Part shown: in pieces, positions 1 to 12,300 of the stretch
Layout of the letters: each line of letters opens with the position of its first letter
Position numbering within the stretch: the first letter of the stretch is position 1
Assembly: GCA_047495785.1 (NCBI GenBank)
Contig: JBLDXI010000002.1
Span: 2,852,001 to 2,916,000 of the forward strand
Reading direction: 5' to 3'
Source: Lepidodermella squamata
Lineage: Eukaryota > Animalia > Gastrotricha
DNA: 64,000 bases
Notes under the pieces: model-generated
The model's database searches: none
The model's input: the letters and a program-made list of their open reading frames with translations, nothing else
Told to the model about the DNA's origin: nothing
Translations under genes and position numbers: made by a program

Positions 1-3000
1 GCATCCTCTAAATTTTGAATTCCCACCCGCCCCAAATTTTTCTTAATACAGTCGAGCCACCTTAGCTTAGGTCTGCCTCTAGGCCGTTTCCAACCCTCCG
101 GCACGTTCCAATACCGTACTCGGTGGGTTAGCCGTTCGGGGTCCATGCGAGCAACATGGCCGTACCACCTAAGTTGATGTCTTGCTACTATCGAAGATAA
201 TTTTTGAGTTTCACATTTCTCTCTAATATAATCATTCCTAACTCTGTCTCTCAGAGTGACACCGCAAATGCTACGTAGGCATCGCATCTGACAAACGTTC
301 AGTCGCCGTTCATCCTCACTGGTCATCGTCCAATTTTCACCCCCAAATTTCGCAACCGGTTCTACTGTACCTCGAAGACACTTCATTTTTACGCTAATAG
401 GAATAGATTTATTTCCAAAAATATATTTTTTCAAGGCACCGAAAGCTTTGCAGCTTTTCTCTATTCTGGCCCTGATGTCGCTTTTTGAAGCTCCATCTGA
501 GGTAATTATACTACCTAAATATGTGAAGCTACTAACTTCTTCCAGTCGTTCATTGTAAATAATAAAAGGCTCAACAATTTCATCTCCTTTGTTAATAACC
601 ATGAATTTGGTTTTTGGTACATTTATTTTGAGCCCTAGACTCTGGCAAGCCTCAACAAAAATATCGATAAGAAGTTGCATGTCGTTCCTATGCATGGCTA
701 ACAGCCCAGTATCGTCAGCAAAAGCCAAAACATTGAGCCACTCTTCGTCAGTGAGCGGTACTCCGCACTTTTCTAACTCAACTCTCTGGCATACAACGTT
801 GAAGACGCAAATAAATAACAACGGTGATAAAGGGCAGCCCTGTCTGAGCCCTTTTGTGACCCTGAAAGGCTCGCAAGCAACACCACCAACCCTAACCGTT
901 GCTATGCTGTCTCTGTACAAGGCCTTTATGTTTTCGATGAGATTTTGTTCTACTCCCAGTCCCTCTAGCGCTTTCCACACTTCTTCGCGGTCAACAAAGT
1001 CGTAGGCTTTCTCCAAGTCCATAAAAGTAATAAAAAATAATTGCTCAAACTCAACAAATTTTTCTATTAGCTGTTTTAGCATCGCCTATGCCTTTACCTT
1101 CCATGAACCCGTGCTGGTTGTCTTCTAAAATTTTCCGAACTTTTAATCGAAGTTTGCGTTCCAAAATACGAGCGTAACATTTCGCGACTATGCTTATTAA
1201 GCTAATTCCTCGGTAATTCGCACATTTTTTCAAGTCACCTTTCTTGGATATCGGAATCAAAATTAGATTAAGAAAATCGTCAGGAACTCGCCTTTCCGTC
1301 CAAATTCTGTTAAACAGTACATACAGCCACTCTGTTCCTATTTCCTCTATTGCAATTAGCATCTCTTTACGCACCTCGTCTTGACCCGGTGATTTTCCAA
1401 GCTTTTCTTTTTTAAGGGCTTCTACTATTTCGTCGCGCGAGATGTTTTCCATGGCTCGTGCCGGTTCATTTACGTCGCATTGATTTTTGAAACCTTGCTG
1501 AGATTCATTTTCTACTTTTGTGGTCAGTTCAACGCCATCTACTACTCCCATGAAATGTTGCCTCCATCTCCCCGCTACTTTCCCTGCTTCCGTCAAAATT
1601 TCACCGTTCTCCCCTTCAATTACCAACCGTTGTTCCAAACTGCCCGAACCTTTTCTAGCATTTTCAACTATCCGCCTCTTGCGGTTTATCTTTTAAGGCA
1701 TAAAATCCGTCTGCAATCTCGACTTTTGCTTTCTTTTTCGCCTTTTCAACCACAATTTTTTCTTCATCTCTGCACAAGGCATATTCGTCGTATAAAGCTT
1801 TGACTTCCTCGTTATCCACATCCCCCTTTTCCTCCGCCACCCTTCTAGCTTTAGTGAAGGTTTTGAACTTGCGCTTCTTTTCCTTGACTTTATTTTTCAC
1901 CTTATTTTTCCACCAGCGGGTTCTTTTCCCTTTTTTTCGAACTCGCTTGCGCCCGCAAATCTTCTCTGTTTCCTCATTAATGCTCTTGAACTCGAGCCAA
2001 ATTTGCTCAGCGTCAGTCGAGGAGGTTATTCTTTTCAATTTTTCAGCCATTATCTGTTTTAGTCGGCGCGCGTTTTTACCTTTGGCCAAATTTTCATGAG
2101 CGACCCGCGTGACTTCTTCGCTTCCTTCTAAGACTTTCGTCCCGTTGATTGCTAAATTAGCCACTACTAGGTGATGATCAACTCCTAAACATGCCTCTTC
2201 GGCGATATGTGAATCTACAACAAATTTGCGCGCATACTGTGGAATTAGTAGATAATCTATGAATGATCTGCAAAAATAGCTTTTTGTTTCCACCTTCTTC
2301 CTTTTCTTATTAGGTTCCATTTTTCGAAAATAAGTAAAACCACAGTTCGGGTAAAAAGTGTTGGCAAAATATAACTGATTTCTGCATGCAAAATCGAACC
2401 ATCTTTCGCCTTTAGTATTTCCGCTAAGCCCAGCATACTTGCCCACCGTCTGGCTATTTCCATCGTCACTTCGTTCAACAACTCCATTAAGATCGCCGCC
2501 AATCAAAACAATATCATTTTCGGCCCGTGATTTTTCGATTTTTTCAAGTACACTCTCAACTTTTGAAATATAAATATCTAATTCGTCTACATCAGATGAC
2601 GCTGGCGCATATAAATTTACGAAAGAAATTTTTCTTCCAGCCACCTTAATTTCAAGTGTTATTATTCGTTCATCAATTTGTTCGTAGCTCGTGATAACGA
2701 TGTTCGGGTCATCTAAAATACAGAATGCTACTCCAGCCCGGTTAACTTTGCTGCTCGCATCGACCCCGGAATAAATAATAGTCACGCCATCTTGGTGCTT
2801 CTCACCCTTGCCCTTCTTACGAAATTCCTGTAATAAAAGAACATGAATTTTTCGTTCCCTCATCTCCTCCGCAATAGAGGGAATTTTGTTTTTACCCGTT
2901 GATAAATTTTGCGAGCCGTAAGTCAGCATAAAAATTGCCTCTAATAAATCAAGATTTTTCGATTGTTTTTTATGTTTTCGATTTTTCCGCCTTCTTCTCT

Positions 3001-3178
3001 TTTTCCCCACCAATTTAAGACTTTGATTTTGGTTATGATTTCGACCTGACTGCGTATTCTGCAAATCAGACAAATATTTACAAAATTCATTTTTTTCAAC
3101 AAGAATGGCATCATAGTTACTATTTACAAAGTTTTGGATATCATCATTATCAACAATTTCAAACCGGTTATAGTTCAA
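1..3178 (-). pseudogene. LINE ORF2 (endonuclease + reverse transcriptase), frameshifted
   Basis: Split into 1664-3178, 1051-1638 and <1-~1050; the motifs are in the expected order. Confidence 0.9.
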
Positions 3179-3196
3179 GCAGTCAGGCCCGCCCCA

Positions 3197-4342
3197 TCAA
3201 CGTTGTCGTCTGGTTGCGCCTTGAAGCAGTTCACATACCAGAGCCACGAGCTGCGCCTGCCCATGCGCCCCGCCGTCACGTGATTCAAATCCTTGTGGTA
3301 CGTAGCCACGTGATTGATGCCCACGTGACTGATGGCCCCGTGCCTGGTGGTCAAACCGCCTTTGCACTTCGGACTTGCACTCGTTCGCGTAATGGCCAAA
3401 CTCTTCACAGTTGTAGCACTGAATGGTCGCGAGCCGCGTCGGGCAATGACGCCGCAGATGTTGGGTGTCGCCGCAATCGTGACACTCTTTGACCCTTGGC
3501 CTTTGACCTTTCTTGACCTCGTTATCCTTGTCCGTTGTTCCCGTTACCGAGACATCCGGGACCGGCGGGGGTTTTATCGACGCCCGGGTGTCGTTGCCCC
3601 GGCCGCCACGTATCATCGACGGAGGTTCATCCTCTTCATCCTCGCTCTCCACCTTGGCTTCCGTGTCGATGATTTGTTTGATCGAAGACTCATACCGTTT
3701 GAACGGCTTACCATTTTTTAAAATTTCAGCCCCTCGGCGTTTCAGTTGCGATTTTTCCGGGTGACTGTCGATAAAAGAATCGCATATGATCCGGAATTCC
3801 CGTTCGTGTTTCGACTCCCACCAGTCGCACTTAACCTTGTTATCCTTCATTGTTTTCAAGGCTGCGGCTGCTTGTTCTCGGGTGACGAACTTGAATTTCG
3901 CAACGTTGCCCTGCGGTAAAAATACGACATCGGCAACTCCAAAGCCGCTCGCGTCCAGCTTGCGCTTGGTGTCGTACACACTCTGGCGGTCTTTCCCGAA
4001 CACAGCTAGTGACACGCGGGCATTCTCTTTTTGAACGAGATGTAGCTCCGCTTCGACTTCTTGAAAACGTTTCTCCGGTGGCACCCATTGGGCTGTTTTC
4101 ACCGCCTCCTTCAATTCATCATGAAGTTTGAGACAATTAGCTCGCGATTCCAGCAGATCATCCTTCAGCGATGACAGCTCTGCCAGAACTCGCCGATGTT
4201 TTGATCGTACTGCCTCGATTCCGTCCAGTAAACTCGCCTCATCGGTCCCGAGTTCTTCAAGAATCGCCGTGTCGGTGTTTTTGACCAACTGAATCATGAT
4301 GTGAATCGCGTCTTCCGTCTCCATCATTTCAATATTTTTCAT
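3197..4342 (-). CDS. LINE ORF1, gag-like nucleic-acid-binding protein
   Basis: 381-aa open frame with N-terminal coiled-coil-like region and knuckles CHDCGDTQHLRRHC and CYNCEEFGHYANEC, directly upstream of the endonuclease ORF. Confidence 0.88.
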   Translation of the reverse strand: MKNIEMMETEDAIHIMIQLVKNTDTAILEELGTDEASLLDGIEAVRSKHRRVLAELSSLKDDLLESRANCLKLHDELKEAVKTAQWVPPEKRFQEVEAELHLVQKENARVSLAVFGKDRQSVYDTKRKLDASGFGVADVVFLPQGNVAKFKFVTREQAAAALKTMKDNKVKCDWWESKHEREFRIICDSFIDSHPEKSQLKRRGAEILKNGKPFKRYESSIKQIIDTEAKVESEDEEDEPPSMIRGGRGNDTRASIKPPPVPDVSVTGTTDKDNEVKKGQRPRVKECHDCGDTQHLRRHCPTRLATIQCYNCEEFGHYANECKSEVQRRFDHQARGHQSRGHQSRGYVPQGFESRDGGAHGQAQLVALVCELLQGATRRQR

Positions 4343-4349
4343 AAAAAAT

Positions 4350-4382
4350 CTCAGAAAATTTAATATTCAATCGCAGATATTT
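4350..4382 (-). other. Copy of the spliced-leader exon (SL-A) at the LINE 5' end
   Basis: AAATATCTGCGATTGAATATTAAATTTTCTGAG is identical (33/33) to 58614-58646. The match stops exactly at the GT donor of the IGS gene and lies 7 nt before the ORF1 ATG. Confidence 0.85.
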
Positions 4383-4939
4383 CAATCGTGTATGAAAACG
4401 AACCAATTGTTAGCGACTCGGAAAAGGCTGAAGTTTTCAGGAAACAGTTTGCTGGTGCGTATAACAAAGAAAAATTTGAGCCTACTAGTAATTTCAAGGC
4501 TGTATCGGATTGTTTACAGAATATTGAATTTTCGCCCGAGTGTGTTTATGCTGTGTTGTGTGGAATGAAAGAAAAGCCAATAGGCGGGCCTGATAATCTA
4601 CCGGCGGTTCTAATTAAGAAACTTGCTTGTTCTATATCGATTCCTGTTGCTTTCATTTTCAGCCTCTCGTTAAACAGTGGGGAAATACCCTTAGTTTGGA
4701 AACACGCCAATGTTACACCAATTTTCAAGCGTAACGGTGATGCTTCATGTGCTGGAAACTATCGCCCAATTAGTCTGACTTGTATTCTTTGTAAAACGCA
4801 GGAAACTATTGATAAGGAACATCTTCTTCTATATCTATACAGAAATAACCTGATCTCTAAAAACCAGTACGGCTTCTTATCCCGTCGAAGTTGCGAAACG
4901 CAACTACTATCATGCATAGCAGACTGGCTGAAAATTCTC
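4383..4939 (+). mobile_element. CR1/L2-group LINE ORF2 fragment (upstream part)
   Basis: WKHANVTPIFK...NYRPISLT...NQYGF...RSCETQL motifs. Confidence 0.9.
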
Positions 4940-5800
4940 AACCAGATGCTGGATGTTTAGGCGCACATTTGTTCCGATAGGAACGAAAGTTCCCACCCCA
5001 TTGCCATTTTCCGCGCCCTTTCCCCTTTCTTTCATTACTTAAATGGAAGACCCCCCCAATTCCAAAAGGGCAGGGTTTTTCATCCGATTTCCTTGCAAGT
5101 TATATCAATCGATAGCCCTTGACGAGAATAGCTTATAAAAGATTTTCCAGCTGTTTTCGCCGGACCATTTTGGAGAAATTGGCAAAAAACTGCATTTTTT
5201 CTACTTTTCTGGGGACATGACCCAATTTAAACTAGGTCAATGCGTTGCTATTTTTAGCTGCGCAATCACTAATATATGGCCAATACTGCGCGCATCACTA
5301 ATAATAGAGATATACTGATCGCGTTTTGGCCTTGGCCACTGTTACTCGGGCTTGCATACAATTTGGCCTCCCTCCTCGGGGAGGGAGGCTTTCGATATAT
5401 AATTGCTTACTTCCATTTCCTTAAAGATGTAAATTCGCGCAACAAAGGCTTAATTGAGATTTGATTGAGGAAAATTTAACGATGGATTATTATCGACATA
5501 TAATCAATGATTATAATCATTCCATCGACATAATTGCTACAGTTGTTTGGTTTATTATGTTCCGGATGAAGCTTATTACCTGCTCTGATTTGGACATTTC
5601 ATACTGCATTCGATAACCGGCGACCGCTTTATATTGCTCTATATGATACTACCAGAAGAAAGTTTATCTGGAAACGTGGCGAATTCCTTGGTTTTTTTAT
5701 TGGCAGAATCCGCTGGTTACGGGGTCTTGCCGTTTTTCCGTCTGTCCTCATGTCGGAGAAAAAGGTCGAAAGGTGTGATATCTGATTCCCGAATTCAGAC

Positions 5801-6202
5801 CAGAGATGAGAATGGGTCAAAGAAATCGACCCAGGACCAGAGGAGACCCATGCCGAGAGGACCCAGGACCCAACTTTTATAGCCCAAGTGACTCATAAAT
5901 CTAAATTTCGTAATTTTGAAGCGGATGACTCATGACGTTGTTTTTATGCATATCACGCTTTATTCTCATCGGCAATCGTCAAAAATCGTCAAAAATTCAC
6001 TTTTACATGTCTTCTAGCTCAGAAAACACAGACTAAATCAAAAGTGGACACTTTTCATGGCTTGAAACAACAAAACTTGCGCCTGCAAAATTTCGGGCTC
6101 TCTCTGTCAGGCGTGGGTGATTGAAGGACCCAGGGCAATTTGTGGAAAAAGGTGACCCAAATTACCCATTGACTCATTTAACCCGACCCATTCTCATCTC
6201 TG
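5801..6202. mobile_element. hAT-type MITE
   Basis: 18-bp TIR CAGAGATGAGAATGGGTC; 8-bp TSD ATTCAGAC/GTTCAGAC. Confidence 0.85.
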
Positions 6203-6427
6203 GTTCAGACTACTTGCCACCAGGAGAATGGGATGAACAGTAGGCTAATGACAAAGCTCATATGGAATGTTGATGGCCAGTGAAAGTAAAATTGATAAAG
6301 ATGAGCCTTCCGGAAATGTTTTTGAAAACCATTAGTTCTGGAGCAATCTTCGAAGGCTTGCGCGAGCTGATGAATATTAATGTAAATTACATCATGTTAA
6401 GGTGTCGTTTTCTATGTGTATAGAATA

Positions 6428-6852
6428 CCGTACTGCCCGTAAAAAATGTCAGCCTCGAACAAATGGCAGCCTCAAATAAATGTCAGATGTCAGAGGTTAG
6501 AGGTCGTTCGAAAAATTAATTTCAGGCCCGAAATACATGTCAGGTCAATCGCGGGTACAATACTGAAGATCACTAGAGGTCAGGGACCAATTTTTTTTGC
6601 TGGATCACTAATAAGGTAGTTTTAGCCATTCTGATTGGATATAATTTCTACTCTTGGCACTTGGAAAGGTCAGGGACCAATTTTCTGGGTCAAAATACGT
6701 AGAATCTCCGGGAAATCTATGCCATTTAGGTTACATATGCAATTATTTATTGGTTCGGATAACTATGTCATTCCCTTTTCCCTTTTTCCTTTTGAATAGA
6801 ATTGTCCTCAAAAATATAGGTCGAGTAGCTTGGCCAATTCGATATTTTACGG
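6428..6852. mobile_element. Possible Tc1/pogo-type MITE
   Basis: TA-CCGTA...TACGG-TA termini, like 33566 and 46742; the TIR match is short. Confidence 0.35.
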
Positions 6853-8160
6853 TAGGTATTACATTCGTAAATCGTTTATATCTGAACTCGCCGCACTCGA
6901 TTTACTCATCTCAACTCGCCTCCGGCTCGTTTCGATTCGTAAATCTCGGTCGGTCGGTTATACCATACAAATGTCAGGGGTTCATCAACGTTTGAATAAA
7001 TATAAGTGCCATGGTTTTTATCCCTGGCAGTACAGTAAGTGCAAAATAAAACGATAACATGTTGGCCATAGAGAAAAAGTGACCAGAGTAAGCACTCAAG
7101 CTAAAATTTTGATCTGCATTATTAAATCGAGTGCTTCTTAAAACGGATATCTCCGTTGTACACCAAATTTTGCATGCATATAGAACGCGAGCTGCTCTTT
7201 CACGTGGTATAAGATTTGAGGTGGGCAATTGCTGCAATGTCATCAAAATAAATGAAACCATAGTGAAAAAGAGGTTTGATGTTGACTTGTCCCGTAATAA
7301 ACTAGCCTCAATCATGAGAATCGCCACTTGAGGAAAACATCTGGCCAATCTCACTCGCTTGCAAAAAAACGTGACGTTAGTGGCGGTTATGCCGCTCGAT
7401 CAATCTGTGATTCAAATGAATTGTCAATTTTTTCCTTTATGAAGCGAGGTTACATCCTCCACAAATCCACAATGTGGATGAAAACATTTCCACCATCTCA
7501 GCAAGTAAGTGTAGGAAAGAAAGAAAGTCCTGAATTTCTCGGGTTCCTTGTAGGGAGATTTTTCCACCTTCCAAGAAATAAAACGCTAAGATGCTGGAAA
7601 ATCTACTGATCACAGGCTTCAGCTTTTTTTAACCCATGGCGTTATCCGGATCATAGTGGAAAATACGCCGTAAAACAGCCCGGAATATTTTCTGCTATCG
7701 CGGGCTGTTTGAGACAGGATATCATGCTATCCGGGCTGATTTAAACTCAGGTCATGGCTTGAAATTTTGGCAGCATTCACCCCTATTTTCGGGGTTCCGT
7801 AATTGCGAGAAAATTAACAAGGTTAAAGAATATGCAGCAAAGACACGGGAACAAGTGGGCCGATGATTCGCCTGGGTCAGGTTCGATTCAGCAGAAAATC
7901 CAACGGAGCCGAGAATCATCGCCGATCGCAACTTGCGCTCGATCTTGCTCTGGGGCGGGCTCAGATCAACTCGAGAATCAGTGTGGCGCCAAGAGAGGAT
8001 GTTAGAGCAAACAAGTCGCCAGCCGACACCGTTTCGTTGCCATCATCGCTGGGTGACTGGCTGGTTGACTGGGAATTCTTCTTGCGTACTAGCAGGCTTT
8101 TAAGATTGAACAGCTGAATTCGCGATTGAATACGCGGATAGGTCAAATATTCGCCTTCAG

Positions 8161-8210
8161 GCCGCTATTCCGCTATCCGCTATTTTCCGCTATTTTCCGC
8201 TATCCGCTAC
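8161..8210 (+). repeat. Short tandem repeat (CCGCTA[T]n)
   Basis: Six CCGCTA units. Confidence 0.8.
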
Positions 8211-8303
8211 AAAGCTCCCAGATATTGTATAATATTGCGAATTCGTTATATTGTATATACTCTATTGTATATACTCTAAGTTATGAGTATATACATTAGT
8301 CAC

Positions 8304-9416
8304 CAGGGTAGGAAAAAATTTTTTTTTCCCCAATCCCACTTTTTTCATGGTCTCAATTTCCCCACAAAAAGTGCCTTTTTCGCCGAAAAGCTGTTTCAAC
8401 TAAATTCCCAGAGTGTATATTAGAGTCACAAGTTTATTATCAAATTATCAAACTGAGCTGGAAAAACCTGAAAAACAGACGTGGCTGGCGCATAAGAAAT
8501 TTATGAAATTACGGAATTTTCATTTTTGAAAAATTGAAATTTTGCATGAAAATTGACAATTTTTTGCTAGGAAAATTCCCGTTTCCCCGGTTTTTCTGAT
8601 AGGTTGTTAGGCTATTTCAGCGGTGTTGAAAGATGTGCTATAAAGAAACATTTTCCTTTCGTCAATAATTAGACAACCTTCATTTCAAAATGTCTTCTCA
8701 ATAGTGGTTACAGAATTCAAAACTTTTGAAATATGGGGAATTTCGAAAAACAATTCTCAATCAGATATTCTGAATCAGCGCGAAAAGTTAGGGCAGGGTG
8801 CAAATTTGCGCACGATTATCTTCCAAAATGGGGAAATAATAGGTTAAAGAAAATCGTGTGCGTGCGTGCGCGCGCGCACTGCGCAAATAAGCGCTCGCTC
8901 GCAGTTGCCGTTTACCGTTGTACTCTTTACACTCGTTGTAAGCGCGCAGTCGACGTCCCCGCGCGCGCATACACAAACGCACACACAACAATCGCGCGCT
9001 GAACAACTTCACCTTCTCATTTCTTCCCCATTTTGGAAGATAATCGTGCGCAAATTTGCACCCCGCCCTAACTTTTCGCGCTGATTCAGAATATCTAATT
9101 TGTTTTTCGAAATTCCCCATATTTCAAAAGTTGAATTTTACGCATGGGCATCAATAAGGCTTCCCCAGCCGAAACAATTCGAACTTACAATGCGGGGAAG
9201 GATAGAATATGGAGAAACGAGATGGTTTTTTAGCCAAAATCGTTTCATTTCCCCATCTCGAAAGAGATGATGAAGGGGAATTTTGTGTAGCTTTCCCAAG
9301 GCAAAAATTGACAAAAAAGACCAAAAATCGCCCCATTTCCCCACATTTTTAGGTCACAGAAATATGTTTTTCCCCAATCCCATTGGGATCGAGGGATGGC
9401 ATTTTTTCCAACCCTG
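8304..9416. mobile_element. hAT-type non-autonomous DNA transposon
   Basis: TIR CAGGGT(A/T)GGAAAAAA; perfect 8-bp TSD TTAGTCAC (8296-8303, 9417-9424). Confidence 0.9.
8721..9132. mobile_element. Foldback element with ~110-bp inverted arms, nested in the hAT element
   Basis: 8721-~8835 is the near-perfect reverse complement of ~9022-9132; mirrored GT/GC microsatellites lie inside. Confidence 0.85.
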
Positions 9417-9687
9417 TTAGTCACTTTAAATACTCTATTTAACTTTAACTCGTCAGTCCCCATCCATCACCCATAACATCACAGAATCAACTCCTAATGT
9501 CAGGATTGATGATTCGCTGGCTGCAATTGATTAAACATGCGGTTTATTGGAGGGTGGGGCTCAGGCCCTTCCTTATTAAGGGAGGGCGTTTTGGGAGAGT
9601 TGGTTTAACCTCTAAATTCGATTATCCCTCATCATTTACCTTTTTACATTGAGCTAGCACTTTACTAGCACAAAAAGCTGGATATAA

Positions 9688-10876
9688 TAGTGATATATCT
9701 CGATCTATCAAAAGCCTTTGACGTTGTTCCGATTGTTTTATTACTGTCTAAGCTATGCGATATCAACATATGTGGCAAGCTTCACGATTGGATTAAAGCC
9801 TTCCTTTCCGATCGTTTCTTCAGAACTGTTGTTAACTCAAGCGTCTCGGACTGGTCATCTGTTACCTCTGGCGTGCCTCAGGGCTCGGTTTTGGGCCCAC
9901 TGCTTTTCCTGATTTTTACTGCCGATGTCAATGAGCTGATCAAGACGTCCCTTGCAAAATTCTTCGCAGATGACACGAAGCTCTACCACGCCATTCGCAG
10001 CCTAGCCGATTGCATTGAGTTGCAGCGGGACCTGGACAAAATCATCGAATGGTTTGAAGAAAACGGCCTATCCGTGAATTCAAAGAAGTGTGTTGTACTT
10101 TGGCTTGGTAGCAGAGGTCTCTCCTTTAAATTCAGGATAAAAGGTGTCGAACTAAATGTCGTTGAATCTGTGAAGGATCTTGGAATAATTCTTGACAAGG
10201 ATTTGAATTTTTCTGAGCATTGTGAAGCACTCGCATTAAAGTGCCATCGTATGAACGGCCTAATCTGTAAATCATTTAGTTCCAAATCCCTTCGCCTCAA
10301 GGCTTATAAGACCTACACAATGTCAAGACTCGACTACTGCCCTTCTGTGTACTCTCCATATCTGCTCAAGGATATTCAGGCATTAGAATCTGTACAAGCC
10401 CGTTTCACGAAAAGATTATTATATCGCAGCTCATACTACTCGACAATTGAAGGTGCCTCATATGAAGAAAGACTTGGGAAATTAGGAATGTTATCCTTAG
10501 AGATGCGTCGTTTTCTGCACGATCTAGCTCTCTGCCATAAGCTTTATCTGAATATGGTGGACGAACAATTTTCTCGTTTCTTCACTATATCGAAAAACGG
10601 TCGCTTGCCAAATCATGCGGTTGTGATGGAGAAGTTCAGAAAAATGAACTATGTATCAATATTCATTTGTGCGACGTTTGCGTGCGGCGTGGAATTCTAT
10701 ACCCTCCGAGGTCGTAAATAGCTCTCATTTTAATTTTGTAAAATATACGAAAAACATTGCCTGTGAACTAGAACAATATACTATATCGGTGGTGAGGCGC
10801 CTCGACCCTTTTTAATTGCTAAACGTCGCGAGACAAATTGCAACAATAAATCAGTGTATCAGTGTGTATCAGTGTA
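9688..10876 (+). mobile_element. CR1/L2-group LINE RT and 3' end
   Basis: IYLDLSKAFD, GVPQGSVLGPLLF, FADDTK, KDLGI; AATAAA followed by a (TATCAGTG)n-like tail. Confidence 0.92.
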
Positions 10877-10963
10877 GTATATATTTAACGAGATTAAAAT
10901 GAGAGCTATTTGCGACCTTGTATGGTATAGAATTACCACTGTCGACCTTCGGCCTTTGACAAT

Positions 10964-11072
10964 TGACGGGGAACACCGGGTGCGTGGGTCGTTTCGATAC
11001 GTGTGCGCGTACGTCAAGGAGGATATGAGTGAGTTATGAGTGCCCGCTTAAAAAACGGGGTGTTCCCCGTCA
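10964..11072. mobile_element. Tiny MITE, same family as 12572-12705
   Basis: 14-bp TIR TGACGGGGAACACC; internal CGTCAAGGAGG. Confidence 0.7.
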
Positions 11073-11299
11073 TTCCACGCAGCACGCACACGTCGCACAA
11101 ATGAGTATCGATAGTTCATTCTTCTGAACTTCTCCATCACAACCGCATGATTTGGCAAGCCACCGTTTTTCTCAGTTGAACCTTAACTTTAAGGTCGAGA
11201 AAGATGCGGAGATCAAGGCACATCACGGAGATCAAGGAGAAGGTTTGTTCGAGAAGATCGGGAATTGTTTTAACCCGATCGAAATCAGGGAGATTCACG

Positions 11300-11535
11300 T
11301 GAAAGTAATAATCTCATGAGAAGCGCGGTGCGGCGTTTGAATCTCAAGGCTCTAGGGCGCGATGAGATCTCGAGCGTTCTCATCAGGAAGGCGCTCCAGT
11401 GCTTTGGGCTTATTTGCGGCATTTGTACAAGCCTGGCTTGTGGGTTCGTGTCGGAGAGGTGGAAGGTGGCAGTAATTGTCCCGCTTCCGAGGTCAGGGAA
11501 GAACTTGTCGAAACGGTCAGTTTACCGTCCCGTGT
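11300..11535 (+). mobile_element. Degenerate LINE RT N-terminal fragment
   Basis: ERWKVAVIVPLPRSGK...YRPV. Confidence 0.75.
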
Positions 11536-11539
11536 AGCT

Positions 11540-12300
11540 TTTTCCGACAGTTGAATTGTCGAAATTGAAATGTCGAACATCAATCTGGTGTTTTTGCCTC
11601 CTAATTCCACAAGTGTGAAGCCCAGCCGTTCGACCAAGGCCTTATTCACAATGGTAAATTGCACTTTCACAAGTGTTTGCTTCAGCGCCGAGTTTCTCGC
11701 ATCGACAGCTTCGAGACGGCTTCGGATTTCAAGAAAAGGATCACTTTACGACGCCGTAAACTGGATAAATGCGTCGTGGAATTTGATCAGGCAGGAAACA
11801 TTCGTAAAGTGTTTTACGAAAAGCGGCATATCGCCCGCCAGTCAGCTGCATTACGACGCTGAGGACGAAATCCTGCTGTCAAGCCTTGTAGTTGGCCTCG
11901 ATCAATTACTGACCGCGATTTCCGGTGATTTAAATCTTGAAAACGTCGACTTCGACCATGATTTGCCAGTTCATTACGAACCCGAAGGTCAAACCGCTGA
12001 TGATGTCGCGCGTTTCGTGCTCGAACGTCGAAAAGAAGAAGCCGCTCAAAGCGTCGCGGAAAACGCTGGGGCTATCGAAGTGCTCGAAGAGACAATAGAC
12101 GGCGTTCCTGTTCTCGAGCCGCCTACGCTCGATGACGCTTTGACAGCGATTGATACAGCGCTTATCTAATCCTTCCGGAATTCAGCTGGGCGATACTCTC
12201 ACGTGAAAATCAAATTCACCAAAAGCGCGCAGCTTGCCTTAGGCAGCCTAGCATCACCCACTATTTTAAATCCAGCGCTAGCATTCATTATGTGAGGTTG
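11540..12300 (+). mobile_element. Tigger/pogo (DDE_1) transposase C-terminal fragment
   Basis: LVFLPPNSTS...SLYDAVNWINASWNLIRQETFVKCFTKSG. Confidence 0.8.

Larger units (their letters stand above)
1..4382 (-). mobile_element. APE-type non-LTR retrotransposon (RTE-like RT, CCHC gag ORF1); 5' end present, 3' end beyond window
   Basis: ORF1 has two zinc knuckles. ORF2 has APE motifs (LLQEFR, GGDLNG, IDY, DHHLV), RT motifs (YRGISL, QHGF, FMDLEKAYD, GLRQGCPLSP, FADD) and an RTE-type C-terminus (LRWYGHVARM...RPRGRPKLRW). Confidence 0.93.
4940..9687 (-). mobile_element. ~4.7 kb non-autonomous insertion splitting the CR1 RT; Helentron/DINE-like, with nested MITEs
   Basis: RT resumes at IYLDLSKAFD right after 9687. 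The left end AACCAG is followed by hairpin GTTCC-GATA-GGAAC, and the right end is ...GCTGGATATAA. Contains a GTCY-like core (~5730-5750) and GC hairpins at ~5366-5389 and ~9565-9587. Confidence 0.55.

Noticed and set aside
589-1005. + strand ORFs over the first LINE
   Set aside because: Antisense shadow of the RT frame.
4350-4382. NeSL/SLACS-style site-specific insertion into an SL gene
   Set aside because: Those elements use an RLE endonuclease and are flanked by SL gene sequence. Here the endonuclease is APE-type and the upstream flank is CR1, not SL promoter. The 3' flank is outside the window, so this is not fully excluded.
8733-9120. Two mirrored ORFs starting MGNFEKQ
   Set aside because: Artefact of the inverted repeat arms.
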